Source of the DNA: Oscillospiraceae bacterium
GTDB lineage: Bacteria; Bacillota; Clostridia; Oscillospirales; UBA929
Length of the DNA: 64,000 bases
Reading direction: 5' to 3'
Assembly: GCA_031556035.1 (NCBI GenBank)
Contig: JAVBTT010000024.1
Coordinates: forward strand, 38 to 64,037
Shown: piece after piece, positions 40,468 to 50,168 of the stretch
Position numbering within the stretch: position 1 is the first letter of the stretch
How the letters are laid out: each line of letters opens with the position of its first letter
Made by a program: the position numbers and the translations under genes
The notes under the pieces: generated by a model
What the model was told of the DNA's origin: nothing
The model's input: only the letters and a program-made list of their open reading frames with translations
Database searches by the model: none

Positions 40468-41976
40468 ATGACGACAAGGGAAGCGGTTCAGGGAATGAAG
40501 GCCATTTTGGAGGAGATTTCCAATCTGCTCCGGGCGTACACCGTAATGTACTGGGACGAGTCCACCGGCGAGGGGGCCCCGCCCAGGGGCGCGGCGGCCC
40601 GCAACAGCACAAAGGGATATTTGATGGAAAAGGTGTTCACCCTGTCGATATCGCCTGAAATGAAGTCCTGCATCGACCAGATGCACGCGAACCGGGGAGA
40701 GCTGAGCGAGCTTGAGGCCGCGATGCTGCGCTCCTGCAAGCGGCAGTACGACAAAAGCTTCGCCATTCCGCCGGAGGAGTACCGCGAGTTCACGGAGCTT
40801 ACGGCGGAGTCGGAGCAATTCTGGCGCAAGGCCAAGCTGGACAACAACTTCGCGGGTATGCTGCCCTATTTTGAGAGGATTTTCGCCTTCCAGCACAAGT
40901 TCGCGGACTACTACGGATACGAGGATCACCCCTATGACGCGCTGCTGGACAACTACGAGGAGGGCCTGACCGTCAAGACGCTGGACGGTTTTTTCTCGAC
41001 TCTTCGCGCGGAGATCGTCCCGTTTTTGGCCGAGCTCACAAAGCGGGGCAAACGGCCGGACACGTCGTTCCTGCAAAACTGCTTCCCCGCCGACCGCCAG
41101 GCCATGCTTAGCAGGAGCGTAACGCACCTGATGGGGCTTGACCCCGACCGGCTGAAGCTGAGCGTCACGGAGCATCCGTTCATGCTTTCGGTCTGCCCCG
41201 ACGACGCGCGCATCACGACGCATTACTATGAGAGGGAGCCTCTTTCGGCGCTCTATTCCACCCTTCATGAGGGCGGTCACGCGATGTACGAGCTGGACAT
41301 GCATCCCGAGCTGGATGAATACGGACTGCGGGAAGCCGCGTCGACGGCCTTCCACGAGTCCCAGTCCAGGTCATACGAAAATATGTTCGGGCGGTCAAGG
41401 CCGTTTATGGACGCTCTGCTGCCCAGGCTACAGGCGCTGTTCCCGGACGAGCTCGCAGGGGTTGACGCGGACGCGCTCTACCGCGCGTGCAATGTCGCCC
41501 AGCCGTCGCTCGTTCGAATTGAGGCGGACGAGCTGACTTACTGCCTGCACATAATGATACGCTATGAGCTTGAGAAGGGCATTATGGAGAACAGGGTAGA
41601 CATCTCCGAGCTGCCGCGCTTGTGGAACGAAAAGGTTGCGGAATACCTTGGCCTCACCCCACCGGACGACACCCGAGGGGTGCTTCAGGACACGCACTGG
41701 CCCGGAGGCATGGTGGGATACTTCCCGTCCTATGCCCTCGGCAACGCTTACGGCGCCCAGATCGTCAACAAAATGCGCGAAGAGGTGGATGTGGACGGTG
41801 CGCTCAGCCGCGGCGACTTCGCACCGATAAACAAGTGGCTGACTGAGAATATTCACAGGCACGGGAGCCGGTACACCCCGTCTGAGCTCATTGTAAAGGC
41901 CACGGGAGAGCCGCTCAACCCGAAATACTACACTGATTACCTTAAGGAGAAATTCTCGCGGGTATACGGACTGTAA
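40468..41976 (+). CDS. Carboxypeptidase, M32 family
   Basis: HPF, HEGGH, HESQ, IEADE, GVLQDTHW, GYFPSY. Confidence 0.93.
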   Translation: MTTREAVQGMKAILEEISNLLRAYTVMYWDESTGEGAPPRGAAARNSTKGYLMEKVFTLSISPEMKSCIDQMHANRGELSELEAAMLRSCKRQYDKSFAIPPEEYREFTELTAESEQFWRKAKLDNNFAGMLPYFERIFAFQHKFADYYGYEDHPYDALLDNYEEGLTVKTLDGFFSTLRAEIVPFLAELTKRGKRPDTSFLQNCFPADRQAMLSRSVTHLMGLDPDRLKLSVTEHPFMLSVCPDDARITTHYYEREPLSALYSTLHEGGHAMYELDMHPELDEYGLREAASTAFHESQSRSYENMFGRSRPFMDALLPRLQALFPDELAGVDADALYRACNVAQPSLVRIEADELTYCLHIMIRYELEKGIMENRVDISELPRLWNEKVAEYLGLTPPDDTRGVLQDTHWPGGMVGYFPSYALGNAYGAQIVNKMREEVDVDGALSRGDFAPINKWLTENIHRHGSRYTPSELIVKATGEPLNPKYYTDYLKEKFSRVYGL

Positions 41977-41998
41977 TCACAGTCCGCGCAGGTCGGGC

Positions 41999-42832
41999 TT
42001 ATTTTGTTCCGCCAGCCTTTTTTCGGTACGCGGACGGCGACAGCCCGGTGTGCTTTTTAAAGCAGGCGGCAAAATAGCTCTGTGAGGAAAAGCCGGTGCT
42101 CTGAGTAACCTGTGCGACGCTGTAATTCGTGCTCTCAAGCAACTCTTTTCCGCAACGAATGCGCTGCTCTATCAGGTAGTTTATCGGGGATACTCCATAT
42201 GCCTTAATGAAGCAGTGGGAGAGGTAGTACTTGTTAATATGCGCGATCTCGGAAAGGGAATCGAGAGTGATGCTCTTGCTGAGGTTGGAGTCTATGTAGG
42301 CTTTAACCCTGCTGCACTCGGGCGGGATATAGTCCGATTCCGGCAGCGATATCTCCAGCGTTGAGATGCGTTTTAGATAAATCATGAATATATTGAAGTA
42401 ATTGCTGCAAATATCCGTATAACCGTCTTCCTTTTGCTTGCTCTCGGACAAAAGCGTCTGGAGAATATGCAGGAAGACGTTTTTTTTCTTGCGGCAGTTT
42501 ATTACGGCGTAGTTGCGGTTAGATTGGGAGTCAAAGGCGAACGCAAGCCCATCTACCCCCAGTACAATGTAATCCAGCGGCTGGCTGAGAGAACGCTCGG
42601 CGTGGGATACGCGGGGATTGATCATAATAAGGTCGTTTTCCTTCACATATGCCGTGCTGTCCTCAATCGTAAACTTTCCCTCGCCTCCTATGATATAGAA
42701 AAACTCCGCGAAATAATGGCTATGCATGATACTCGGCCAATCGTTGTCGTAAAGCGAGGCAGTCACATACAAAAGACGGGCCGGCCCGATGCCGGTTTTA
42801 TCTGCCGACAGCTCATGGCGTATGTTGCCCAT
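41999..42832 (-). CDS. AraC-family regulator (cupin + HTH)
   Basis: HSHYFAEFFY; GFSSQSYFAACFKKHTGLSPSAYR. Confidence 0.88.
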   Translation of the reverse strand: MGNIRHELSADKTGIGPARLLYVTASLYDNDWPSIMHSHYFAEFFYIIGGEGKFTIEDSTAYVKENDLIMINPRVSHAERSLSQPLDYIVLGVDGLAFAFDSQSNRNYAVINCRKKKNVFLHILQTLLSESKQKEDGYTDICSNYFNIFMIYLKRISTLEISLPESDYIPPECSRVKAYIDSNLSKSITLDSLSEIAHINKYYLSHCFIKAYGVSPINYLIEQRIRCGKELLESTNYSVAQVTQSTGFSSQSYFAACFKKHTGLSPSAYRKKAGGTK

Positions 42833-42874
42833 GATCCGCACCTCCCGAGGTTACCCTCTTTTAAAACATTAGCG

Positions 42875-42943
42875 ATATTGTTCCCACGAATAAACCTTAC
42901 CGCAATAGCTCCTCAAAATACTCTGCCCGCTGTGCGGGCGGCG
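42875..42943 (+). repeat. Partial family-D MITE
   Basis: AAACCTTACCGCAATAGCTCCTCAAAATACTCTGCCCGCTGTGCGGGCGGCGC, nearly identical to 15423-15475. Confidence 0.7.
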
Positions 42944-43389
42944 CTCAAACGCTCCGCCTCATTTTTTGCATCTGAGGAGAGGCTCAACAATCACGCATCC
43001 TCGACGGTTTGCGGAGCGCGACTGCTATACGCCTGGAATTATACGTGATCCACCGACGCTTGACAAGCCCGGCTTTCCCCTCTCCAACGGGCTTTACAAG
43101 GGTCAAGCGCATTTGTCCCGCGATAAAACATTCCATTCAAAGGCTTGAGCAATCTTATTGCGGCAATCATTTGCAAATCAATATAGACTTTACACAGGTA
43201 TTGGTATAACAATTGTAATTGTTCTGCAATTAAATGTTGTTGTTTTTTATATATCCGGGTGGTATACTCAATCCACAACGCGCACGGCCAGAATTTGTAT
43301 ATGTCCGCGCGGGATATCGCGCCGGAAAATGCATTATATAAATATATTATTCCGGTAAATCGGGGCAATGAGGAATAGAGGAATACGCT

Positions 43390-44283
43390 ATGAAGACCCG
43401 ACTGATCCACATGGCTTTGGCGACACTGCTGCTGCTCTCCTCATGCGCTGTGTCCGAAACCCCTCCCCACTCTCCGCAGTATTCTCCATCGCCCCGGGAA
43501 CCGTCGGCGTCTCCGGAGCTGGCGTATCCGTCGGAAACGCCCGGTCAGGTGGTTGTCCTGCCGAGTGATACCGAGCCGCCAACCGCCAACCCGTCCGTAT
43601 CCCCCTCCGCTTCTCCAACGCCGACATCTGAACCCGCCGGCGCATCTCAGGAGCCCTCCCCGGAGATCAGTCCCTCGCAGTCTCCGTCCCCCAAGCCGTC
43701 AACCCCTCCGCAAACGTTTTCCGGCAGGGTTGTCCCTGAGCTTCCTGAGCTTACTTTTGAGATACATTCGGAGCCGTACGGCAACGTGTACACGGCGCAT
43801 CACATCATAGTGCGGAACGGCGGCGAGCTGTACCAGGAGATAGACCTCGGCGAGTATTCCACAGAACAGGAGGGAATCACCTGCGCCTCCCAGGACATGG
43901 ATTTCCTTCTTGAGGACATGAACTATGACGGGTGCAGGGACTTTCGGGTGCGGGACTATGTTACGTCCACGCCCAACAACCAGTTTCTCACCTTTCTGTG
44001 GGATTCTGCCGGTAAAAGCTTTGTTTTTTCGCCCGAGCTAAGCGCGCTGACAAACCCGGAATTCGACGAGGCCAACCAGTTTGTGCACAGCAGGATAGTG
44101 CTGCTGCCGGATATCCTGGAGTCAAGCTTTACCTTCGATGTTGGTGAGCTTATGCTTCAGGCCGAGACGAGGCGCCATCTTGACGCGGAGCGCTCCGTGT
44201 GGCTTGTTACCGTGAGCATGAGACTGGAAGGAGTCATGACGGTCACTGACCAGTATGAGGAAGAATACGACGGCTCTATCTGA
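43390..44283 (+). CDS. Lipoprotein with Pro/Ser linker and XAC2610-like domain
   Basis: LSSC lipobox; EDMNYDGCRDF...FLWD...F...ELS.L.NPEFD. Confidence 0.7.
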   Translation: MKTRLIHMALATLLLLSSCAVSETPPHSPQYSPSPREPSASPELAYPSETPGQVVVLPSDTEPPTANPSVSPSASPTPTSEPAGASQEPSPEISPSQSPSPKPSTPPQTFSGRVVPELPELTFEIHSEPYGNVYTAHHIIVRNGGELYQEIDLGEYSTEQEGITCASQDMDFLLEDMNYDGCRDFRVRDYVTSTPNNQFLTFLWDSAGKSFVFSPELSALTNPEFDEANQFVHSRIVLLPDILESSFTFDVGELMLQAETRRHLDAERSVWLVTVSMRLEGVMTVTDQYEEEYDGSI

Positions 44284-44290
44284 TAATGTA

Positions 44291-44329
44291 CGTTGAGCTA
44301 TGCCCCTCAAAGCGGGGCATAGCTCAACG
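44291..44329 (+). terminator. Stem-loop after the lipoprotein gene
   Basis: CGTTGAGCTATGCCCC...GGGGCATAGCTCAACG. Confidence 0.6.
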
Positions 44330-44346
44330 CTGTATGGGGCTATGAT

Positions 44347-44400
44347 TTAAGAGATTCTTAATATTGACTTTATCAGCACTTCAGAATCTGGTGTTATGAT
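44347..44400 (+). promoter_or_regulatory. OmpR-type direct-repeat operator plus extended -10
   Basis: TTAAG/TTAAT/TTTAT/TTCAG at 44347, 44358, 44369, 44380 (11-bp period); TGTTATGAT. Confidence 0.55.
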
Positions 44401-44432
44401 ATGTCCATAAACTCGAAGCAGGGGGATTCAAT

Positions 44433-45650
44433 ATGAAAAAAAGCTATCTTGCGCGGCTTGTCTGCCTCGCTGTGGCGGGGCTGGTGCTGTGCTCCGCGCT
44501 GGCGGCGGCGGCGGTGAGCGGGTCGCCCTATGAGACGCTCAAAAGCTCGCTGTTTGATCTCGCGCAGGCGAAGAACTTTACGATGAGCTCCGACGTCAGG
44601 CTTTATATGGACGGCGAGATAATCGAAAGGAACTCACAGCGCACGCTGCAGGGGGACAACGCCAGCCTGAGCTACTACTACGACGACACCTTCAGCTACA
44701 ACTCCGAGGCCTACAACCTCAGAACCTGGAACGGATTCGACGGGGAAGAGATTTGGTACGACGCCCAGGCACCCGGCTATTACAGCGGGGGCAACGCTTT
44801 CTTCGGAATGAGCTTAAGCTCCTATTCCCGCTTCGCGGAGCTGCTGGTGGATCTGCTGGTGGGAGACATCAAGAACAATATCTCGATGAGCCGGGACGGC
44901 GACGTGCGCAATATCTCGGGGACGCTGACCGCCTCGCAGGTGCCGGAGCTGTACAACGCGGCGCTTGAATTGGCTCTCACCCAGCAGACCTCCGGCAGAA
45001 CCAGCATCTCTAACGATGAGATTGTGTCCTTCGATTACGCGGACATGACGTGTGTTGTAAAGAACACCTACCTCTCGGGCCTTGACAAAACTTCCGATTA
45101 CACCGAGTACACCGTTGCGGAGGTCAGGGATCCGGCAAATATGGGCTATGCCTTTGAATACAACGGGAGGCACTACGACTATACAGACTCCAGGTATTTG
45201 CGCACCGAGACCGAGCCGGCCACGCCCGAGGACTATAAGAGCGCCGGATCAAGAGTCGACATGCTGCCCCTTACCAGAGCCCGTTTCACCTATATACACG
45301 GGGACGCCGTGGTGGACGACGAGGGCAGGCTTCAGTCGATAAGCGGCACGGTGTCCGCCGATACAACCGATATTTTCGGCGAGGATCACGAGCTTGAGTT
45401 TGCCTTTGGCCTTGAGGTATCCGACATCGGAACCACCGATCCGGAGTGCCCGGTCGCCGGGGTTGAGCAGCTTCTGGCGCAGTACAGAGACGACAGCGCA
45501 AGGTACAGCTCAGTCCGCTTCACCCTGGCTGCGGACGGGAGCATTGACACCTCAAGCGTATTTGACAACATGACGAACACAGAGCAAGAAAAATATGCAG
45601 CACAAGAGGATTATTCCGACGACGCTATGGACTCGCCGATTGGCGGCTGA
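44433..45650 (+). CDS. Secreted hypothetical protein, paralog 1
   Basis: Signal peptide; shares GSPYETLK, DLLVGD.KNNISM, HGDA.VD and DIGTT.P.CP with the next gene. Confidence 0.8.
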   Translation: MKKSYLARLVCLAVAGLVLCSALAAAAVSGSPYETLKSSLFDLAQAKNFTMSSDVRLYMDGEIIERNSQRTLQGDNASLSYYYDDTFSYNSEAYNLRTWNGFDGEEIWYDAQAPGYYSGGNAFFGMSLSSYSRFAELLVDLLVGDIKNNISMSRDGDVRNISGTLTASQVPELYNAALELALTQQTSGRTSISNDEIVSFDYADMTCVVKNTYLSGLDKTSDYTEYTVAEVRDPANMGYAFEYNGRHYDYTDSRYLRTETEPATPEDYKSAGSRVDMLPLTRARFTYIHGDAVVDDEGRLQSISGTVSADTTDIFGEDHELEFAFGLEVSDIGTTDPECPVAGVEQLLAQYRDDSARYSSVRFTLAADGSIDTSSVFDNMTNTEQEKYAAQEDYSDDAMDSPIGG

Positions 45651-45667
45651 AACAAGGGAGGAACATA

Positions 45668-46612
45668 ATGAAAAAAAGCTATCTGAAAAGGCTGATCTGC
45701 CTCGGAGCGGCGGCGTTTGTGCTCTGCTCGGCTCTGGCGGTGGCCGCCGTGACCGGAAGCCCCTATGAGACGCTGAAAAACGCTGTTTTTAACGGAATTG
45801 ACATCAAAAACGGCACAATAAAAATGGAAATGACCGCGACCCTGGACGGGGAGCCGGTAGCGGACGCAAACCAGAGCGTGACGCAGTATATCGGGAATGA
45901 CTCTGAGATGAGCGCTTACAAGGACGGCAGCTTTTCTTTCCGCTCAGGGGAGTACAGCGTTAACAACTGGGGCGGCTACACGGACGGCGAGAGCTGGTAC
46001 ACCGCCTACGGCGGCGACGGGATACACTACACCTCCAGCTACTATGGCATCCCCTCCCCGACGCAGGACATGAGCCCGGCTGAGCGGCGGTTTGTCGAGC
46101 TTTTCGCGGATCTGCTCGTGGGCGACCTGAAGAACAACATCTCCATGTACGAGAGGGACGGCGTTCGGTATATCACCGGAACCCTTGCCGAGATGCAGAT
46201 ACCTGAGCTTGTGGATGCCGCGTGCGACCTAATCGCATCGAGGAGCACCGCCTATCTTGACGAGAGCGACTATGAGAGCTACAGGGATGATGTTTTCCCG
46301 CCGCTGGAGAAGCTCAGGATTACTTATGTCCACGGGGACGCCCAGGTGGATGGTGACGGCAATCTTATAGCTATAAGCGGCGAGGCCAGGGCGAGCTATA
46401 CGGATATATTCGGCCGCGAGCGCGAGCTGGAGATTTCCGCCGGAATTGAGATCACCGACATCGGGACAACCGAGCCCGTCTGCCCGATCCCCGGCGTCAA
46501 GGAGCTGCTGGACGAGTACAGGCAGGAGCGCGCGAACTACAGCAATATACGCTTCAAGCTCAGCGAGGACGGCACGATCGACAGGGATTCCGTGTTTGAC
46601 ATGATGGACTAG
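45668..46612 (+). CDS. Secreted hypothetical protein, paralog 2
   Basis: GGAGG RBS; same motifs as paralog 1. Confidence 0.8.
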   Translation: MKKSYLKRLICLGAAAFVLCSALAVAAVTGSPYETLKNAVFNGIDIKNGTIKMEMTATLDGEPVADANQSVTQYIGNDSEMSAYKDGSFSFRSGEYSVNNWGGYTDGESWYTAYGGDGIHYTSSYYGIPSPTQDMSPAERRFVELFADLLVGDLKNNISMYERDGVRYITGTLAEMQIPELVDAACDLIASRSTAYLDESDYESYRDDVFPPLEKLRITYVHGDAQVDGDGNLIAISGEARASYTDIFGRERELEISAGIEITDIGTTEPVCPIPGVKELLDEYRQERANYSNIRFKLSEDGTIDRDSVFDMMD

Positions 46613-46640
46613 GTCTATTAGGGCGAAATAGCTATAAATA

Positions 46641-46677
46641 CATTGCTTTCCCCCGCCCTTGGCGGGGGAAAGCAATG
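46641..46677 (+). terminator. Intra-operon stem-loop
   Basis: CATTGCTTTCCCCCGCC-CTT-GGCGGGGGAAAGCAATG, no U-tract. Confidence 0.5.
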
Positions 46678-46698
46678 CGCTGAAACGGGGGAAGATTT

Positions 46699-47424
46699 AT
46701 GGTACTTGAGGTAAACAACCTTACAAAGCTATACAAAAACGGGCGCGGGGTGCGCGATATCAGCTTCACGGTCGGCAGGGGCGAGGTTCTCGGACTGCTC
46801 GGCCCGAACGGCTCCGGCAAGACAACGACCATGAAGGCGATCTGCGGCCTTGTGCAGCACAACCAGGGCGCGGTGACGATCTGCGGGATTGACGCCTTCA
46901 CAAACCATGAGAAGGTCATGCTCAGAACCGGGAGCCTGATAGAGGCGCCAGCGCTGTTTGACCACATGTCGGCGTACGCCAACATGAAAATGGCAGCGCG
47001 CTATTACCCCGGCATTGGTGATGAGCGCATTGACGAGGTGCTGCGGCTGTGCGGCATGGAGAAGTACAAAAAGGACAGAGTCGGCACCTTTTCTCTCGGA
47101 ATGCGCCAAAGAATCGGGCTTGCGCTCGCGCTGCTGCCCTCCCCGGAGCTGCTGATACTGGACGAGCCGGCAAACGGCCTCGACATCGAGGGCATGGTCT
47201 ATATACGTGAGGTGGTCAAGAAGACAGCCGAAACCGGCACGGCGGTTCTTATATCCAGCCATCTGGCCCATGAGATAGAGCTTTGCGCCACAAAGGCGGC
47301 GATAATATACGACGGTGAGCTGCTGTCCGTGCGGGCCATGGGCGAGATACTGGAGTCAAACCCGTCGCTTGAGGATTATTTTCTGGAGCAGGTGGCAAAG
47401 CTTCGGAAGGGGGAACTGGCGTGA
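46699..47424 (+). CDS. ABC transporter ATP-binding protein
   Basis: GPNGSGKTT, FSLGMRQR, LILDEP. Confidence 0.93.
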   Translation: MVLEVNNLTKLYKNGRGVRDISFTVGRGEVLGLLGPNGSGKTTTMKAICGLVQHNQGAVTICGIDAFTNHEKVMLRTGSLIEAPALFDHMSAYANMKMAARYYPGIGDERIDEVLRLCGMEKYKKDRVGTFSLGMRQRIGLALALLPSPELLILDEPANGLDIEGMVYIREVVKKTAETGTAVLISSHLAHEIELCATKAAIIYDGELLSVRAMGEILESNPSLEDYFLEQVAKLRKGELA

Positions 47425-48182
47425 GGGCGTTTGGAGCCGGCGTTGCCAACGAGCTTTCAAAGCTCATGTCCCGCAGGAAGTACATTGTCTTTCTGTGCAT
47501 AGGCGCCGCGATATGCTGCCTGTGGGCGCTGCTCGGGAACCTGATATCCGGAGCGGTTTCCAACATGTCCAGGGGCATCTCGCTGAGCCTTTCATCCAGC
47601 CCGATGGGTGTGCTGCCGTTCTTTTTGCAGGTGCTTGTGCCGTTTTTGATGTTTATGGGCATCACCGACCTGTTCACTGTTGAGGCGTCCGACAGCACTA
47701 TGAAGGCGTCCCTGATCCGCCCGGTTGAGCGCTGGAAGCTCTATTCGGCCAAGCTCTGCGCCGTTATGCTTTACGCGGCTGGCTACCTGATCTGCATTTT
47801 TGTCTTTTCCTCGCTGATTCAGGCGGCTTTCGGTCAGGTGGACTCGCTCAAGTCGCTGCTGCTCTCTTTTGTGTCCTACCTGTTGGCGCTGGTGCCGCTG
47901 GCGGTGCTGTGCTGCTTCGCGTCGCTGATCGCGCTTTTCGGGCGCAGCGGGACGCTGGTGATGTTTTTGCTGATTCTGGCCTACCTGCTGCTGTGCGTGC
48001 TGCCGTTTGTGATCCCGGTGCTCAGCCAGCTGCTGTTCACATCGTATTTGGGCTGGTATAAGCTGTTTGTGGGAGCGCTGCCCGCTTTTTCCAGCCTGTC
48101 CAACATGCTTCTGATAGTGCTGGGCTACGGAACCGTGTTTTTTACGGCCGGAAGCCTGATATTCGACAGAAAAGAGTACTGA
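47421..48182 (+). CDS. ABC-2 type permease
   Basis: About 6 TM; E...TMK..L.RP..R.KL..AK motif. Confidence 0.85.
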   Translation: MRAFGAGVANELSKLMSRRKYIVFLCIGAAICCLWALLGNLISGAVSNMSRGISLSLSSSPMGVLPFFLQVLVPFLMFMGITDLFTVEASDSTMKASLIRPVERWKLYSAKLCAVMLYAAGYLICIFVFSSLIQAAFGQVDSLKSLLLSFVSYLLALVPLAVLCCFASLIALFGRSGTLVMFLLILAYLLLCVLPFVIPVLSQLLFTSYLGWYKLFVGALPAFSSLSNMLLIVLGYGTVFFTAGSLIFDRKEY

Positions 48183-48238
48183 GTATAACCTGCCCCCCCG
48201 TCTCAGACCGGGGGTCGCCAGGTCTGGAGGGCGTTCTT

Positions 48239-49363
48239 ATGTCCGCGCGTTTAAAGCTTTTCGGCAACAACACAATGGCGGTTCTGGTCCTGCTCGCGCT
48301 TTGCGCGGGCGGGTCCTTTCTGATATTCTGGCTGGTTGCCGCGCCCTACGCCGGAGACAGGATGGGTGAAAACCTGGGGGCGATCATGGCCCGCTTCTTT
48401 TCGGTGGCGGGCGTGCTTGTGCTGTGCCTCGCCGGGACAGGCAGCCTTTGGATGGCGGGCTCCGCGATACGCGGCTTCGTCAGGCCGCTGCAGCGCCTCA
48501 AACTCGCTGCCGCCGAAATAAGGGACGGAAATCTGGACTACGAGCTCATTGTCACCGGAAATGACGAGTTTGCCGAGGTGGGCAGGAGCTTTGAGGAAAT
48601 GCGGATCCGGCTCAGGGACTCCAATCGGCAGAAGAAGGTGGCGGAGGATGAGCGCGGGGCGATGATGGCGAGCATATGCCATGACCTGAAGACGCCGATC
48701 ACCTCAATAATGGGCTACGCGGAGGGCATTCTGGACGGAGTCGCGGACACGCCGGAGAAGCTCAGGGAATACGCGCTGGTCATCAGCAAAAAGGCGCATT
48801 CGCTGCAAAAGCTCACCGATGACCTTTCGCTGCTATCCCGCCTGGAAAACGCAGCCCTTTCCCTTGAGCTCAGACCGCTGGATATAGGCGGACTTGCCGG
48901 CGAAATAGCGTCCGAGTTCGCGGAGGAGACGCCGGACATCAAGCTGAGCTTCGATATTGAAAAAGGGCTTGTAAGCGACATAGACCGGGAGAAGTTCGGG
49001 CGGGTGCTGGTAAACTTTTTGCAGAACAGCGTTAAATACAAGAGGCCGGAGCAGGCCGCTGTGTCGGTGGCGCTGAGGGTGGTCAGGGCTGGGGAGCAGG
49101 CGTTTTTAACCCTAAGCGACAACGGGATCGGGATAGCGGACGGGGATATGGAACGAGTCTATGACCGATTTTATCGCGCGGACGCGTCGCGAAGCGTTGT
49201 AAAGGGCAGCGGGCTCGGGCTGTCCATAGCCCGTCAGATAGTCACGCTGCACGGGGGGAAGACCTGGCTGCGCGCCGCCGAGAGCGGCGGGGTCACGGCG
49301 TGCGTGCTGTTGCCGCTGTCCGGGCGGGGTGCGCAGCGGCCCGGGGAACGGAGGAGGACATGA
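48239..49363 (+). CDS. HAMP sensor histidine kinase with very short extracellular loop
   Basis: HDLKTP, NSVKY, DNGIG, GSGLGL. Confidence 0.92.
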   Translation: MSARLKLFGNNTMAVLVLLALCAGGSFLIFWLVAAPYAGDRMGENLGAIMARFFSVAGVLVLCLAGTGSLWMAGSAIRGFVRPLQRLKLAAAEIRDGNLDYELIVTGNDEFAEVGRSFEEMRIRLRDSNRQKKVAEDERGAMMASICHDLKTPITSIMGYAEGILDGVADTPEKLREYALVISKKAHSLQKLTDDLSLLSRLENAALSLELRPLDIGGLAGEIASEFAEETPDIKLSFDIEKGLVSDIDREKFGRVLVNFLQNSVKYKRPEQAAVSVALRVVRAGEQAFLTLSDNGIGIADGDMERVYDRFYRADASRSVVKGSGLGLSIARQIVTLHGGKTWLRAAESGGVTACVLLPLSGRGAQRPGERRRT

Positions 49364-50052
49364 GCAGGGTACTGATAATAGAGGACGACCAGGAGATAGC
49401 CGCGCTGGAGAGGGACTATCTTGCAATAAACGGCTTTGAGGCCGAGATCCGCGCGGACGGAATAAGCGGCCTTCAGGCCGCGCTGGACGGAGGCTTTGAC
49501 CTGGTGGTGCTGGACGTCATGCTGCCGGGGCTGGACGGCTTTTCCGTGCTCAAGAAGCTGCGGGAGGGGCTGGACATACCGGTAATCATGCTGTCGGCAC
49601 GCGGGGAGGACATAGACAAGATACGCGGCCTGGGGCTGGGAGCGGACGACTATATGCTCAAGCCGTTTTCCCCGGGCGAGCTTGTGGCCCGGGTGCGAGC
49701 GCATCTGGCGCGCTACGAGAGGCTGACCGGCAGGAACGGGGGCGAAAAGCGCACCCTGATCGAAGCCCGGGGGCTGAGCATAGACAAGCAGGACAGGCGG
49801 GTCTTTTTCCAGGGAGGGGAGAAATCTCTGACTCCTAAAGAATTCGATATACTCCTGTTCCTCGCCGAAAGCCCGAACCGTGTGTTCGGCAAGGAGGAGC
49901 TGTTTGAGAAGGTGTGGGGGCTTGAGGCGATGGGGGACAGCGGCACTGTGGTCGTGCACGTGCGCAAGCTGCGCGAGAAGATAGAGCCGGATCCGCAGAA
50001 CCCGCAGTTTATCGAGACCGTGTGGGGGACGGGTTACAGGTTCAGGATGTGA
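49360..50052 (+). CDS. OmpR-family response regulator
   Basis: IIEDD, LDVMLP, KPF, TVWGTGY. Confidence 0.93.
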   Translation: MSRVLIIEDDQEIAALERDYLAINGFEAEIRADGISGLQAALDGGFDLVVLDVMLPGLDGFSVLKKLREGLDIPVIMLSARGEDIDKIRGLGLGADDYMLKPFSPGELVARVRAHLARYERLTGRNGGEKRTLIEARGLSIDKQDRRVFFQGGEKSLTPKEFDILLFLAESPNRVFGKEELFEKVWGLEAMGDSGTVVVHVRKLREKIEPDPQNPQFIETVWGTGYRFRM

Positions 50053-50054
50053 GG

Positions 50055-50136
50055 AAGAGGGCAGCCGGCAGGGTTCTTGAATAACCCGGGAATGGTTGCT
50101 AAAGGCAAGCGCGCGCAGGCTGTGCGGAGCTTGACA
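50055..50136 (+). repeat. Family-A repeat, short divergent copy 4
   Basis: AAGAGGGCAGCC...GGCTGTGCGGAGCTTGACA. Confidence 0.5.
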
Positions 50137-50168
50137 TCAGTCAAAAAATTGCACCAAAGGAGCAGCGA

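Noticed and set aside
50055-50140. Possible SAM riboswitch before mtnA
   Set aside because: Lacks the SAM-I core (ATC.AGA, GGCAACC, GGTGC.AA); ends match family A
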